Assembly (NCBI GenBank): GCA_039621445.1 | Contig: CP154954.1 | Location: forward strand, 9,939,521-10,003,520 | From: Euglena gracilis | Taxonomy: Eukaryota | Length of the DNA: 64,000 bases | Reading direction: 5' to 3' | Shown here: in pieces, positions 28,320 to 41,026 of the stretch | Layout: every line of letters starts with the position of its first letter | Position numbering within the stretch: the stretch's first letter is position 1 | Made by a program: the position numbers and the translations under genes | The notes under the pieces: generated by a model | What the model was told of the DNA's origin: nothing | The model's input: the letters and a program-made list of their open reading frames with translations, nothing else | Databases searched by the model: none

Positions 28320-29484
28320 TGACGGGGCCTCCGGGCCCAGAAGCTGTTGCCACTGCCGAAGACCAAACCATTGAAGAAATTTTTGAGGATAAGAGATGGC
28401 CCTCAAGAAAAAATTTGGTTCCGGATACATACCTTACACCGTCCGGGGAAAGCTCACAGCCGACGACATCAAAAGTCTGAACCGGCAGACCCCGACCCAG
28501 CCCAAGATTTCATCGATCACATTGCCAATGCCAATGCCAATGCCAGCCCCATTGCCAAGCCCATCGCCACCACAGCCCAGCATTGAACATCTACAATTGC
28601 AACTTGGACAGTTACAATGATTGTGGTCGTCGCAGCAGCAGCAGATCATGAACATCCAGAACAGCCAAAATGCCCTACAGCATTTGCACCCACATTTGCC
28701 TCCATTCCAACCCCTCTTGGGCACAAGCCCCCCCCCCCCCCAACAGGCCCTCAGGGCCTTGGCCTGCAAGGCCCCTCCCCCCCATTCCCCCACATTTACT
28801 CCAACCCCTACCCCCATGGGCCGAAATGGGGCCTCCCAGGACCAGGTTTTGAGGGACCCAGCCCCAACCCATTTCACGCATCTCCCCCCCTTTGTCCAAG
28901 AAAGGGCTGCAGGCCCCATCTTCGACCTGGCCCTGGATCCCAGTAAGCCCAGAACATTTCCCACACCATTCCTCACTGCATTTGTGCCAGCGTCCTTTTC
29001 ATCTTTGAGGGGGGGCCTACGCCAAACAGCACCCCCCAATTCCAATTCCAACAGCACCCAGCGGACCAACCAAGGCCCGACTCCCCTATCGACTCCTTCT
29101 CCCTGGGTGCCCCCCCCCGGGGCCACCGTGGACCCCCCTGCGCCAAAAAAAATGGCCAAAATGCCCCTACTCTCCCTGCTCCAAAAAATCAGAGGGGCAG
29201 CAACCTCAGGGGGGGGGGGACCCCCCGAAAGACGTCCAAGGCCTCAGCCAGACATAGCCGCCATCCTGAAAAGCCTCACGGGAAATCCGGACGAAAAACC
29301 TCGTCCCGGTGAGGACACCCCACCTCCTGGGAACCGGATGGAGGCCGTGACACGGAGAAATGACCGCACCGAAGCATGGGTTCGGGGGGTTCCACTGCTC
29401 CCCGCCTCCCTCCTCCCCACCCTAGTACCCACTTTCCCTCCTTGCGAGGCCCCTCTCACCAGGGCCCCCCCCCCCCCCAGTTAG
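28320..29484 (+). other. Pro/Gln-rich open frames of unknown origin, possibly a decayed ORF
   Basis: Overlapping frames, the longest 287 aa. Low complexity, no recognisable motif. Confidence 0.2.
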
Positions 29485-30278
29485 TCACCCCCTTGGGAGG
29501 GGAATTTGGTCAAGGGTGACTACCCCCCCCCCTTTATTTGACCCCCCCCCTTAATTGAGCATTTGGGTCCGGGGAATTTTTTTTTTCATATGCGCCGAAG
29601 GCGCCGAAAATTTTTTTTGCCCTTTTTCTAAAGGAATTTTTGACCCCCCCCTTATTTGACCCCCCCCCTTATTTGAGCATTTGGGGGGTCCGTTGGCCCG
29701 TGGGTGTGCTCAAATAAAGGGGGGGGGGTGGTAACAGGGGGGGGGTGACTAACTCGGGGGGGGTCAATTTATGCCCAAATTTTGCCCCCTGCCCCAATTC
29801 TTGGGGGTTTCAAGGTTGTTTTTGGGCATTCCAGGGCACTTTTCATGGATGGCAACCATCAAAAAAATTCCGATGGCCAAATTCGGTGTTTTTTTAAAGA
29901 AAAATATTTCCCTTCGAAAAAAAAATTTGCCTGGGGCCCAAGGGTGACTAATAGGGGGGGGTGAATAACTAGGGGGGGGGCATGGTATACACATTTCTGC
30001 TTGGGGGGACTTAGAAAATTTTCAATTGTGAGGTTTAGAACACCGCAACACCCACGCCGATGCAGGCGAGCACAAATCAACACGCCTGATGTTCTTTGCA
30101 CAGGTGGGACGCACCCAATCCTGTGACCAGTGGTGCACCTGTGACAAAAATTGGTAAACTGGGGGGGGGACAACAAAACACAATAGCACACCTGTTGATC
30201 CATTTGAAGAATGGCTTGAACTCATTGCATCTTCCATCTTCGGTGGTGGGGAAAAAATTCTTCAAAAAAATGGTGAAA

Positions 30279-30378
30279 AATTGCAGAAAATTTGCGGAAA
30301 TTGCGGAAAAATTGTGGAAAATTGCGGAATATTGCGGAAATTGCGGAAAATTGCGGAAATTGCGGAAAAATTGCGGAT
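30279..30378 (+). repeat. (aaattgcgg)n minisatellite
   Basis: About 10 copies of a 9-10 bp unit. Confidence 0.9.
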
Positions 30379-32899
30379 ATCAATTTCCCCCCCCCTGAAA
30401 TTGGCCGAAAATGGGGGGGGGGATTATTCGGGGGGGGGGGAAGATCGGGGTGACGCTGTATACCACCTCCCCCCCCCCCTAATTGACCGTGGGACCTCTC
30501 CACGGGACCCCCCTTTTGGTCAATTAGGGGGGGGGGGTTCAATTAGGGGGGGGTACCGTCAATTATGGGGTGCTTCAGCACGGAATCCCCCCGGGCAGTC
30601 AATTGGGGGGGTTGAAAAAATTCTCCCCGGGGCGTTTGGTCAATTAGGGGGGGGGGAGGTGGTACCGGGCGCATGGAGCCCACCTCCTACCCCACCCCAA
30701 ATGGCGGTCTTGGGCCTTTTACATCGCCCACAAGCCACCCCGGAAGCTTTCCACCAGTCATCACTCGCCGCGGGTCCTCGGAGCCCACCATCCCCTACAT
30801 ACTCCTACGCGACCTTAACAACAGCCCGAAGGGGCGACGGCAGTACAGTTGGGGTTTGTGGGGGGCCCCCCCCTCCCCCCCCCCTGTACAGTTGGGATTT
30901 TTGGGACCCCCCCCCCTAGTGGCGACCCCCCCCCGAGACAGATGAAAATTTTGACACCAAAAATGGCCTTTTAGGCCAAAAAAAGGCCCTAAAAAAAATT
31001 TTCCGGCGCCTTCGGCGCCGGGTTTTGGCCAATTTTTGAGGGGGGGTTGGCAGTACAGTTGGGACCCCAGGACCCTCCCCCCCCCTGTGTTGAGACAGTA
31101 CCAGGGGTATCCAAATGTAGACCGTACTAAACTCAAGAAATTCTAAAGCCGAACCACTCTCTTGTCGATATTTCTCTGTTCGAGCTCGCACAGTATTCGA
31201 AATAAGTATTCACATCTTTGGTACAGATGACCGCGACTGGGAACGCGGCGGGATATTACTAATTGGACTTTGGGCAAGCTGCTGTTGCCAAAGGTACTCA
31301 ACCGCACATGTTTTCACATCCTGAACTTTGTCTTCAGAGGAATGGACAAGTTTGTGGTCAGGAAATCTTGGTCACAATAGGATGTTTGATGCTGTGATGA
31401 GTTACAAGACTGGACGGCAGAAGTGGCTGAGAGGGGCTGTTGAGTTGACTGGTTTCTCTCGGCATCAAGCTCTCACGATGACAAAGGTTTGCCAAACTAT
31501 GATGTCAGGGAGTTCCTCCTTCTCTGCTGCAGAGCACAGGCAAGAATATTTTCTGAAGTGTATCGTGCAGAAGTTGGTGCGGAGCTGTTGCAGATGATTG
31601 TCACGCAAAGCTCAAGAATATGGTGCTGAGACCATGTACACAGGTGGCTTGAGCTGAAATGAACTTATTGGAATGAGTTTGTTACTAATCTGGACCTGAG
31701 CATGTCCGCGCCAAACTGCTCCATGTTGGGAATACGACCAGGAAATCGTTTGTATTTGTATTTTCTGTTGCTGTGCTTGAAAACCAAAAGTTTTTTTAAT
31801 ATGTTTTGTTTGCAAGGGTGTTTTCTGGGGCTTCGTGATTCTCAATAGTATGGCCCCAGGATGTGACATGTTGGATCTGCAATCTGGGTTTTTTTGAGTC
31901 AATGTGCCATCTGGCCTGTTTTGGGGGGCCTTTTTGGGTCTGCGGGTGGGGCTGTTTTGGGCAACGGGGGGGGGGAATGGGTGTTGTGGCAGATTGGTCG
32001 CCAGCTTTGGGGACAGTGGGCCATTTTTTTTGGCCACGGGTGGGGCCACCGGTCTCACATTTTTGGTCCAATTTCTGGCCACGGGGGGGCAGCTGGGTGC
32101 CACAGTTTTGGAGGATTTTTTTGCCCACGGGTCAAACAACTTCGGGCCAATTCTGTCGTGTCATCGGGACCAGGCTTCTTTTTAAGACCCCCGGGGGGGG
32201 GACCGGGCCCCATCCACGCAGGGTGGCGGGACCCTCCCCCCGGGGGGCGGGGACCCCCCAAAATTGGGCCCATTAAAGGCAATTTCCAAAAGTTTTCGGC
32301 GCTTCGCGCCGAAAAGGTATACCCAGCGCCTGTGGCGCCCGGCGGGGGGTGGCCGGCCCAGACCCACCCCCCCTCCCCTGGGAGACTCTGCAGCTTAAAA
32401 AGAAGCTTCATCGGGAAAGGTAAGTTACATATTTACTGGCGGGAAGCAGCGCGGCGACCTATGGGGAAACTCATGCCAAAAACCAACCTTCGACAAAAGT
32501 CTGTTCGACCGGAGCCGGCTGTCGGCATTTTATTGGCCGAGAAATTACTTGCCGACATTCATGCCAGTCGAGATTCCATGGGGGGAGGTACGGGGGTGGG
32601 CCGGGTCACGGGGGGGTCACGGGGGGGGGGCACGGGGGGGGGCACGGGGGGGATATGGCCTCCTCTTCAATGTTTCCGGCTTCCGCGACATTTGAAAAAA
32701 AAATACTGAAAGCAGTTGTGTTTGAAGCACGTGCGTTTGCGGACCCCAAAATCGGGGGGTGTTCAAATCCGGGTCACGGGGGGGTCACGGGGGGGGTCAC
32801 GGGGGGGGGTCACGGGGACGACACCCCCTACAGCAAAAAGTGCCAAAAAATGCAAAAAAACTGACCTCGGGACCCCCCCTCCCCCCTGCCAAAGTTCCG

Positions 32900-35440
32900 A
32901 AGCAGGTGCTCCTCCTCCGGGGCTTCGGGTCACCCTCGTCCACTTCGCTGGTCGGACATTCTCCTGGTATCATCAAGGCCTGTGGGACGTCCGCTTCCCG
33001 GCCCCTCGCCTGTGCCGAACATGCAAAGAGCACCACTGGCCATGGGATTGCTGGACCTTGCTGCCCACTGCTCACGTTACAAACTGACCCCGGCCCCTGC
33101 ATCCCACATTCATCGTCCGGACTTCCCCCTCAAGCATCCTCCCAGGAATCCGGCACGTAGGGAGAGGCTCCTTGATGACCTGGGAGACGTCGAGTCCAAC
33201 CCCGGGCCGGCCAAGAGGAATATGTCACCGCACCGTCGCCCAGACGTCCCAACGGACCACCACATGATCGACCTGGCACACGGCGCGTCCCACCGCGACA
33301 CCGCGTCGGTCATCGACCCAGCAGGTCATGAGGTCAACCTGCGCCTCATCCCCCAAGATTCCATCATCATCGGCCCCCCCCCCCGTTGCCTAGGATGTCC
33401 TCGAGGGCGGAGATGATGACCTCGGAGCATCTGTCCACGCTGTGTTGGTTGGCGTAAGTGTCGTCTGCCCGGAGGAGGTGATTGACCTTGCAGCCATCCA
33501 AGCAAGACCGAAGAAGGTGGTGAGCCACTTGAGCGTCTGGAATGTGTGTTATGGCGTCTGCTGCGCTGTCCAGCCGCTGGGTGGCCTCCTCCCACGCAGC
33601 GATGCTCTGGGCCGCGGAGCCTGGGTGGTTGATGGGGACGCCGAACACGGTGATACCGACCGATTCGTTCTAGGGTATTGTCCTTACTTTGGCGTGACTT
33701 GGGACCAAGGTGGCTGCTGGGCCCCAAAGTACGCATTTTGGAGGTTCAGGTTTTGGCCAACGCGTGGCGGTGTTGGAAGGTAAAGCTTTGCCTCCGCAGA
33801 AGAGTGGGACCGGTGTGCTGTAAGCGAAGTGTAAGTAGTTGTGGAGGGTCGGGGTCCGAGCCTACGCTTGCGTGAGGAGAGCTGAGCGATCCAACGTGTT
33901 GAATGCGTTGGAGAAGTCAACTTGCAAGGAGGCCCATGTCGCGGTGCCCCCCAGGCGGTTTGTTAGGTGCTGCATGCCCATGGCAATAAACTCAGCCGCA
34001 TTGGGGATGCCCACTCCGACTTGGATTGGTGACAGGCTACTGACCTGGGCCTTGGCTGCGCCCGTTTTCAGCAGGGCTTTCCCTACCAGTTGGCGGAGGG
34101 TTTCGCCCACTGCGACAGGCCGTACGCCGTCGTCCTTTTTGCGCAGCGGTGTGAGATTGGCGCAGCACCAGGCGCGGGCGTGGTCCAGGGGGAGCTTCCC
34201 ATGAATCCACGCGTGTGTCAGGAGGGCGATGGCTGTGATGAGGCGCGCCCCCCGGCCCGGCCGTCGAATAGCATCCTGGAGGTGGGCGGGTCTGAGACCC
34301 GAGGGGCCAGGCCCTGATCCCCGTGGGAAATGTTGTATACCTAGCCTCACGTATGCGATCCTCCCATGCAGGGGTCTGCCCATCTGGGAAAGGCGGGACT
34401 GCGGTGGGTAGTGCGGCGTGGTTCACCTGGTTGCCAAGCGGGTGAAGGGTTTCCAACTTGGCCCAGACCGCTGGGTCCTGAGCGTGGTGTGAGGGAGGAG
34501 CTGTACGGCTTTGGCGCTTGTGCCTTCGCCCGTGAGAGTCCGGATCCGGCGGAGTGTTTTGTCGCTGATCGTGTTTGGTTCGGTGCCGGCCTAGCTCTTG
34601 TTTTGATGGTGGTCCCCTGGGGGTTCCTGCGGACTTCGAGCAGGAGTTCGCGATACGCCCCCGTTCTGAATTGACGTACCCTACATGTTATGGTCGTCTC
34701 TAAGTCTTCGTAGGCGGTGGCACCAGAGGAAAGGATTGGCCTCAGGACCAGTTTGGGGAATGCGAGAATCGCGAAGAGGTTGGAGTCGTTCGGAGTTGTG
34801 GCGTAGTGCGTGATCACGTCGGCCAGAGTGTCCGATACCCCTTGCTGACATTTGGCAGGAACATGGCGCACTGTGGGAATGCGGTCTTGCCGAATGTCCC
34901 AAATAGGGCATGGGCTTGAGCCCCGAACAACGTTCACAAGCCGCCATGTCACTGTCCAATGACGGCCTGGGACTGAAGATCCCGTCGGTGACACAACCCG
35001 CAGCACGGATCGCCTCGCTTGTCTCTTTCTACACATCCGGTGCACAGCGGGTCGGCACCCCCGCCTACGCCACAGCGGTTGACGCGGCAACCACGCGACC
35101 CGTAATTGCGGACCTCCTCAACAAGCTGGGCCCAAACCACACCACCACCAACGCCCTTCACGCCAACCTCTCCAAATTCAGCCAGGGCGACACCAAAACC
35201 TCGAAGCAACAATGGTGGTCAAGGGAGCTTGGAAAAGAGGCCATGGTCCGCCTGATCGGTGCTTCTGCTCCGCGTGATCAAAACAGACTGTTGGAGCAAG
35301 CCAAAGGCATCGGGCATGGTTGGATGGCCGTACCCCCAAGCACCAACCCATCTACCACCATCCCAAGCGGTCAGTACCTGCTAGGCCTACGTTGTTGGTG
35401 GCTGGGCCTGCCAATCATGGATGACACGAGCTCCCCCTGC
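32900..35440 (+). mobile_element. Decayed CRE-like (RLE-type) non-LTR retrotransposon with internal inversion
   Basis: + strand CCHC knuckle and 2A-like motif; - strand RT motifs (33392-34904); + strand post-RT region (QAAMSLSNDGLGL...GWMAVPPS...WLGLPI). Confidence 0.8.
33392..34904 (-). pseudogene. Reverse transcriptase remnant, CRE-like
   Basis: LTPLRKKDDGVRPVAVGETLRQLVGK, QVGVG and VDFSNAFNTLDR are present. The QGDP and YxDD segments are missing (deletion near 33765), and there are stops and frameshifts. Confidence 0.85.
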
Positions 35441-35720
35441 GCCGCCGACCCACGACCTAGGATGGGCGACCCTGGGGGGCTCCACTCAGGGGGGGGGGTC
35501 CGGGACCCCCCTTCCCCCCCCTCCCATGCGAGGCCCCTGCGCGGTCGCTTGCCCCCCCCACGACCCCCCCTCCCCCCACTGCGCCTAACATGCCCGGGGA
35601 AATAAATTGCGAAAAATTGCGACTTTTTTGAGGCCCCAAAATGGTCAAAAATGACCATTTTTGGACAAAATGGCAAATTTGGGGGTTTCGTGCTCCGCGG
35701 GCAACCCAAAGACCCTAGGG

Positions 35721-36433
35721 TTACCATCCCCCCCCCATTACCCTCACCCCCCCCAATTGCCCCCCCCCTAATTGGCTAATTGGGGGGTCCTTAAGGGAGG
35801 TCCATTAGCCAATTACGGGGGGGGGGGTTAGCCTAATTGGCCAATGGACGTTCCCTTGGCCAACTTTGGCCAATTTCGGCAAGGGCTCAGAAAACCTCCA
35901 AAAACGTCCGTTTCGAAAATGTTAAAAATTGCCGGATAAGAAAAAGTCATGACCAATCCAAAAATGCACAAAAAATCGCCCAATTTTGCACACGTCAAAA
36001 ATTATGGGGTCGGGGTCCTCGAGCCCCCCCCCCCTAATTGTCCCCCCCCCTAATTGGCTAATTGAGGGTCTGAAGGAGCCCGGCCATTAGCCAAATAGGG
36101 GGGGGGGTGAGGGTATGTACCTCCCCCCCGGGAGGCCGAAATTGGGGGGGAGGTACACAATGGGGGGGGTACCCAAGTCCCGACCCTCGAACAGCCCAAA
36201 AGGGGTCGTTTTTGGCAACTTTTTGGATGTTCGTAATAAATGGTCAATTTTTAAGCACATTTGCCAAATATCACTTTTTGAAAACGTCCCAAAAACGTCG
36301 ATTTTTGAGCACTTTTTTTGGAAGTTCTTTAAAAAAATTGTTATGACAGTGAGCTACCATCCCCCCCCCCAATTATGTACCTCCCCCCCAGGGGGTGCAT
36401 AATGGGGGGGGTACATAATGGGGGGGGATGGTA
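35721..36433. mobile_element. TIR element (taccatcccccc termini) with nested repeats
   Basis: ttaccatcccccccatta ... taatggggggggatggtaa, with ccctagg near both flanks. Confidence 0.5.
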
Positions 36434-37582
36434 ACCCTAGGAGGCTAGGCGCGCCGCTCGGGGGGGTCCGGGACCCCCCCTCCCCCCCCTGCACAGCCCC
36501 TGCGCGGCCGCTCGCCCCCCCCCCCTCATAGCCAAGAAAAAAACTTTCGTGAAAAAATCGCGACTTTTTTGAGGTCCAAATATGACCAAAAATGACCATT
36601 TGCGGACATAAAATGGCAAAATTGGGGGCCGCACGCTCTGCGCGCGGCCAAAAAAGCACTTTTTCGGTCAAAAATGCCCAAAAATGGCAAAAAATGGACC
36701 CGAATATTTGGACCCGAATATCACCGATTTTAGGATGCGCACTGCCCGCGCGGCCGCCCTCAGACCCCCCTCCCCCCCCTCCCCCCCGGCGCGCGCCCGC
36801 GCGGCCGCTCGCCCCCCCCCTCAGCCCCCCCCCCCCGCTGTGCCTAGCCTCCCTAGGGGGGTTGGTACGCCGTGGCGAGGGGGTCCGAATAGGGGGGGAA
36901 TGGCCGGAAAATGGCGTGGCGAGGGGGTCTCGGATGGGGGGGAGGGGTGTACCATGGTTGCACAATGAAAAATGTGTTGGGTGGCGTGGCGAGGGGGTCC
37001 GGCTGGGGGGGGGGAGGGGGGGTAAATGGCGTGGCGAGGCCCTCGGAGAGGGGGGGGGAGGGGTGTACCAACCCCCCCTAGGATCGGCCGACCCCACGAC
37101 CTCGACCCCCCTGTCAAAAAAATTAGAATTTTTTGGGGGAGCATGCCATCAGCCAGCCGTCGGCCAGCCGTGTGACTCAGGAAAATGAGGTTGGCCACAT
37201 CCTTGGAGGCGGACGGACGGACGGACGGACGGCTGGTGAAAAAAGCGAAGGTCCGGACGGACGGCTGACCTTGTGGGCTTGGTCCAGACGGCTGAAGAAA
37301 ATGCACTTGGTCCAGCTAGCCGGCTAGCCGGCTGGCCGGCTGGCCGGCTAGCCGGCCGGGTCTTTGGAAGCGCAGGCGTCTCAGTGCACGCGACTCTGGA
37401 GCTTGGGTGGCTGCCGCGGCTAGCCACCCATCTGGCTAGCCGCGGCCAGCCGCGGCTGGCTGGCTGGCAAAAAAAAGGAGGAGGTCTGGCCAGCCAAGAT
37501 TCGGTGTTCTGTCCCGAAACTTTCTTCCGCTTCATTTTGTTGGACTAGTCCTTTTCCTCTTTTGATATTGGAAGTGTATCGT

Positions 37583-37653
37583 GCACACAGTGTAGTTGGT
37601 GCAGCATGCAGTTCGGAACTGTCAGGTCGCGGGTTCAAACCCCGCTGTGTGCA
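37583..37653 (+). tRNA. tRNA-like sequence or pseudogene (CGG at anticodon position, Pro-like)
   Basis: Acceptor stem gcacaca/tgtgtgc, T arm gcggg-ttcaaac-cccgc, anticodon loop ttCGGaa, followed by a T4 tract. The D-arm region is defective. Confidence 0.55.
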
Positions 37654-39441
37654 AGTTTTCCTCACTGGAAACTCTCGTTTTTTTGAAGAAATTATGAATC
37701 ACCCTCACGCAAAAAAAAACTTGCATCCCCAATTCTTCTCCTTCAGTGTCACAATGCCGTTTCGGGTGGAAGCGGTGTGGGATAGTTATGATGAAAGTAC
37801 AGGGTGCTGAAATGTAGTGAAAATACAGGAACTTATTGCTTTATGGAAAGAGGGCCAACATCACCACATGCAGGCCACTCAGGCCTTTGCTCTGAACAAA
37901 TCCACATTCGATCGAGCAGAGGCCTGCCTGCAACACGGTGACAGGCCCTTGGTGGGTCTACTTGTTTTCTGCTTGGTACTTGCTACTTGCATCACAAGTT
38001 TCAAGTCTGAAGACAGATTTCACAGACATTTTGTCCTTAGATGCTGGTTTTCTTCTGAAACTTCCATTTTTGTTTCTTGCGTTCTTTATTTGCTGTTCGA
38101 CAAATGTTCTTGGAAACCAAAAAATTGGGGGAGAAGTTTTTCAATCTGGCAAACGGCCCAAAATTTTGCATTTCACATTTTTTGCGATGTCATGGTTTTT
38201 TTTTTGGGCCAGATGTGGTGGCCAGTTTTGGGCCAGATGTTCCATCCAGTTTTGGGCTAGATGTGGTGGCCAGTTTTGGGCCACAGGATACTCTCAGGAA
38301 GGAGTTGTTTGGGTGCCATTCTCTTGGAAAGGGGGGGCAGAAAAGCGTTTTGTTTCCTTTTTTTTTGGCAAAATATGTGTTGTTCAACGAGAAAAATGTC
38401 AGTAAAATTTGACTGTGCCAAAAGTTTGTTTACTTTATTGACCTTCGTTTTTTTCACCTCCTCAAAAGTATGAGTTTTTAGGACGGAAAATTTTGAGGTT
38501 TTTTGTGAAAAAAGTTTTTTTCCATCAAAAATCACGTGTTTTTGGGTTTTATTTTTCAAAAAACTTTTCTGGGCAAAATCCCCGTTTTCCCGAAAACGGT
38601 GAAAATGTTGTGGTGGGTGTGGGGGGGGCCCCCTTCCGGTTCTTCCGGCGCAGTCTTTTGGTGCTGCCGTCAAATATGTTGAAGAAATGTTCATCCACCC
38701 GAAAAATAAATAGCATTGGACTCCCTGCAGGCGCACTCACGGCAATGCTGGAGCGTGCACACCAGGAAAAACCGAAGGGCAGGGCCGATTTCTTGATTTG
38801 ACGCGACGAGTGGAGGGAAGCCGTGACTGCTTTTCGGAAGGAAGGAAATTTTTTTTTTTGGTCCGGCCGGCTGGCAAGACAGACATTGGTCCGGCTTGAC
38901 GGACGGCTGGCGAAAAAATGCTTCGTCCGGACGGACGGTTGGGCGTCCAGCATTGGTCCGGCTGAAGAGGTCCGGACGGCTCGGACGGCTAGCCGGCCAG
39001 CCGCCCCCCTTGTGGTGGTGGAGCTCAATAATCTCCCTTCAAGGTCATGTTTATCATTGGGGGTGGTTTGGGTCACGGGGAGGTCACGGGGGGGGGGTCA
39101 CAGGGGGAACACCACATTTTTGGTGGCAAAATTAGGAATCACCGAGCCGGATTTTTTGTGGAAAAATTCCACAAATTAGGAATCCCCACACCTGAAATTA
39201 GGAATTTGACACCAAATTAGGAATCACCAAGCCCAAATTTGAAAATTTTACACCTCAAAATTAGGAATCTGCATGAGAATTTTATCAAATTAGGCATCAC
39301 CGGCCAAAAATTTTCCCAACAAAATTTCGCCGAAAAGGGTCCTTGTTCGGGTCACGGGGGGGTCACGGGGGGGGGTCACGGGGGGGTCACGGGAGTAACA
39401 CCCCCATTGGTGGGGGTTGCATTTTCAGGTTGCATTTGGGT

Positions 39442-41013
39442 TGAAGCTTTTCTCCTTGAACTGGAACTTCTCCAAACAACTTGATAGTTCCAAACTTGAA
39501 ATGTCCTACCTCTTGTTATAATCGTGTCCAAGACACAGCCACAGGCAAAGCACGTAATGTGCACTGCCAAACAACGAGAAAACCAAAACTGTGAAGAGGA
39601 GGTGAGAGGAATGTATTGCATTAGAAGAAATACGGTGGTGGGGCGAACCGAATCCACCGACCAGTGGCACAGCCTACTGGATTTGAAGAGTTCAGGGGAG
39701 TAAGGCTATGTACAGAGGCACGCTGGTGAAGGGAGGGAAGGTAAAAGGGGCCAGCTTAGAGGATAGTATAAGGCGCGAGGTGCGGGGGCAGGTAAGAGGG
39801 GTGAGCTTAGCGAAATGATCTCGTCGTGCTGCGGGTGCACAGGCGATTTGTAATCCTGTTCTCGATCTCCGCAATTCTGATTGGTCATTGTGATCTGGAT
39901 TGGGTGGACGGGCCCTTCGTTTCCTACTGCACCAGGTTCGGGTCACGAGGTGCGCTTGAAGAGGTTGTATGGTGGACCCGGCTGGCACATGGCTTTAGGT
40001 CCCTCACGGGGGTTCAGCCCCCCTTCAGTTGTGTGCGACTTCTGCACCTCCATGGTGGACATCCGGAGAGAGTTCTCGGCTTTTGGTATTCCATTTCAGG
40101 TGTTTGGAGCTCAGCCTCGGGGCTGTGAAGTACAGTAGGGTTTATGAGCTTCAGGGAGGCTATGGTCAGCGAGCTCTTCGGGGCATTGTCCCCAAACCAA
40201 TTGTCGTCCAACCTCCCGGGCCAGAGTCATGCTTATTCCTTGCCAGCAGGTCCCCTCGACGCCCCTCCTCTCCCAGGCGTCGTGTTGTCCTGCTAGCAGC
40301 TTGATGCAATTACCAACAAAGGTGAGCGCACCATCCCCCATGCCACCATAACAGTCCAAGACAAAGGGTATGAATGTCCAGCCTCTGCGTTGGCAACCAT
40401 CTCCATACTTCTTTATCTTGTCCTGCTCTTGTTCCTCATGCCACTTGCCAATGTCCTGCAAGCCATCGCGATTTCGCGAAGGCGCAAGTGGGTGACGAAT
40501 GGTGACGTCGATGGCTGCCGGGCCGTTTGCATCGTACCTCATGACGAATACGGCGCCTGGTCGTGAGCCACCTGGGCAACTTTCTTCCCTTCTGGCTGGG
40601 AAGCCTGCACGCTGCGCGAGCCCGAGGATGTGCGATTGCACCGCATTGTGCCGCCGGACTATGTTGTTTTTGTGGCAGCAGACAAGGTGGTGGCCTCTAA
40701 CACTTGTGGGGTTGTGGCACCTTGAGCAGACAGGTGGGCTGTCCGTAGCGCTGACCACCGGGGCACCCAGACACCACTGGACGATCGCCTGAAATTCTCT
40801 GGTGGGAATCAGTGTTTTGGTCGAGGCACACGGTGTCACTGAGGCCCATGCCATGGCAGAGGAATGTACAATTACAGTAGCGAAACTGTCCGCGAAGCAG
40901 TTGACAGTGAATTCCTGAGCAGCAGGGAGCTGCCAGGAAGGAGACATCGCAAAGCGACGCCTGGGTGAGAGGAAAGTGATCTGTGCACTGGTAAATCAGG
41001 CTACGGCGTTACA
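39442..41013 (-). repeat. 3' LTR of copy 1, interrupted by a non-LTR insertion
   Basis: 1572 bp minus 1253 bp (insert plus TSD) gives 319 bp matching the other LTRs. Confidence 0.95.
39616..40857 (-). mobile_element. 5'-truncated CRE-like non-LTR retrotransposon (CCHC plus restriction-like endonuclease)
   Basis: 11-bp TSD agaggaatgta (39605-39615 and 40858-40868). CSRC..HLVCC..RHN..RPG..IDVTIRHP..KIKKY..FIPFVLDCYGGMG. Confidence 0.9.
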
Positions 41014-41026
41014 ATCTCCCCCTCGC
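41014..41026 (-). promoter_or_regulatory. Polypurine tract (copy 2 at 55455-55467)
   Basis: gcgagggggagat lies immediately before the TGTAAC start of the 3' LTR on the minus strand. Confidence 0.8.

Noticed and set aside
31130-31800. Possible host exon(s)
   Set aside because: Short frames without recognisable motifs; cannot be supported.
37817-39180. Overlapping 100-180 aa ORFs on both strands
   Set aside because: Low complexity, T/A-run rich, with no domain signal. Similarity between copies reflects only the recent duplication.
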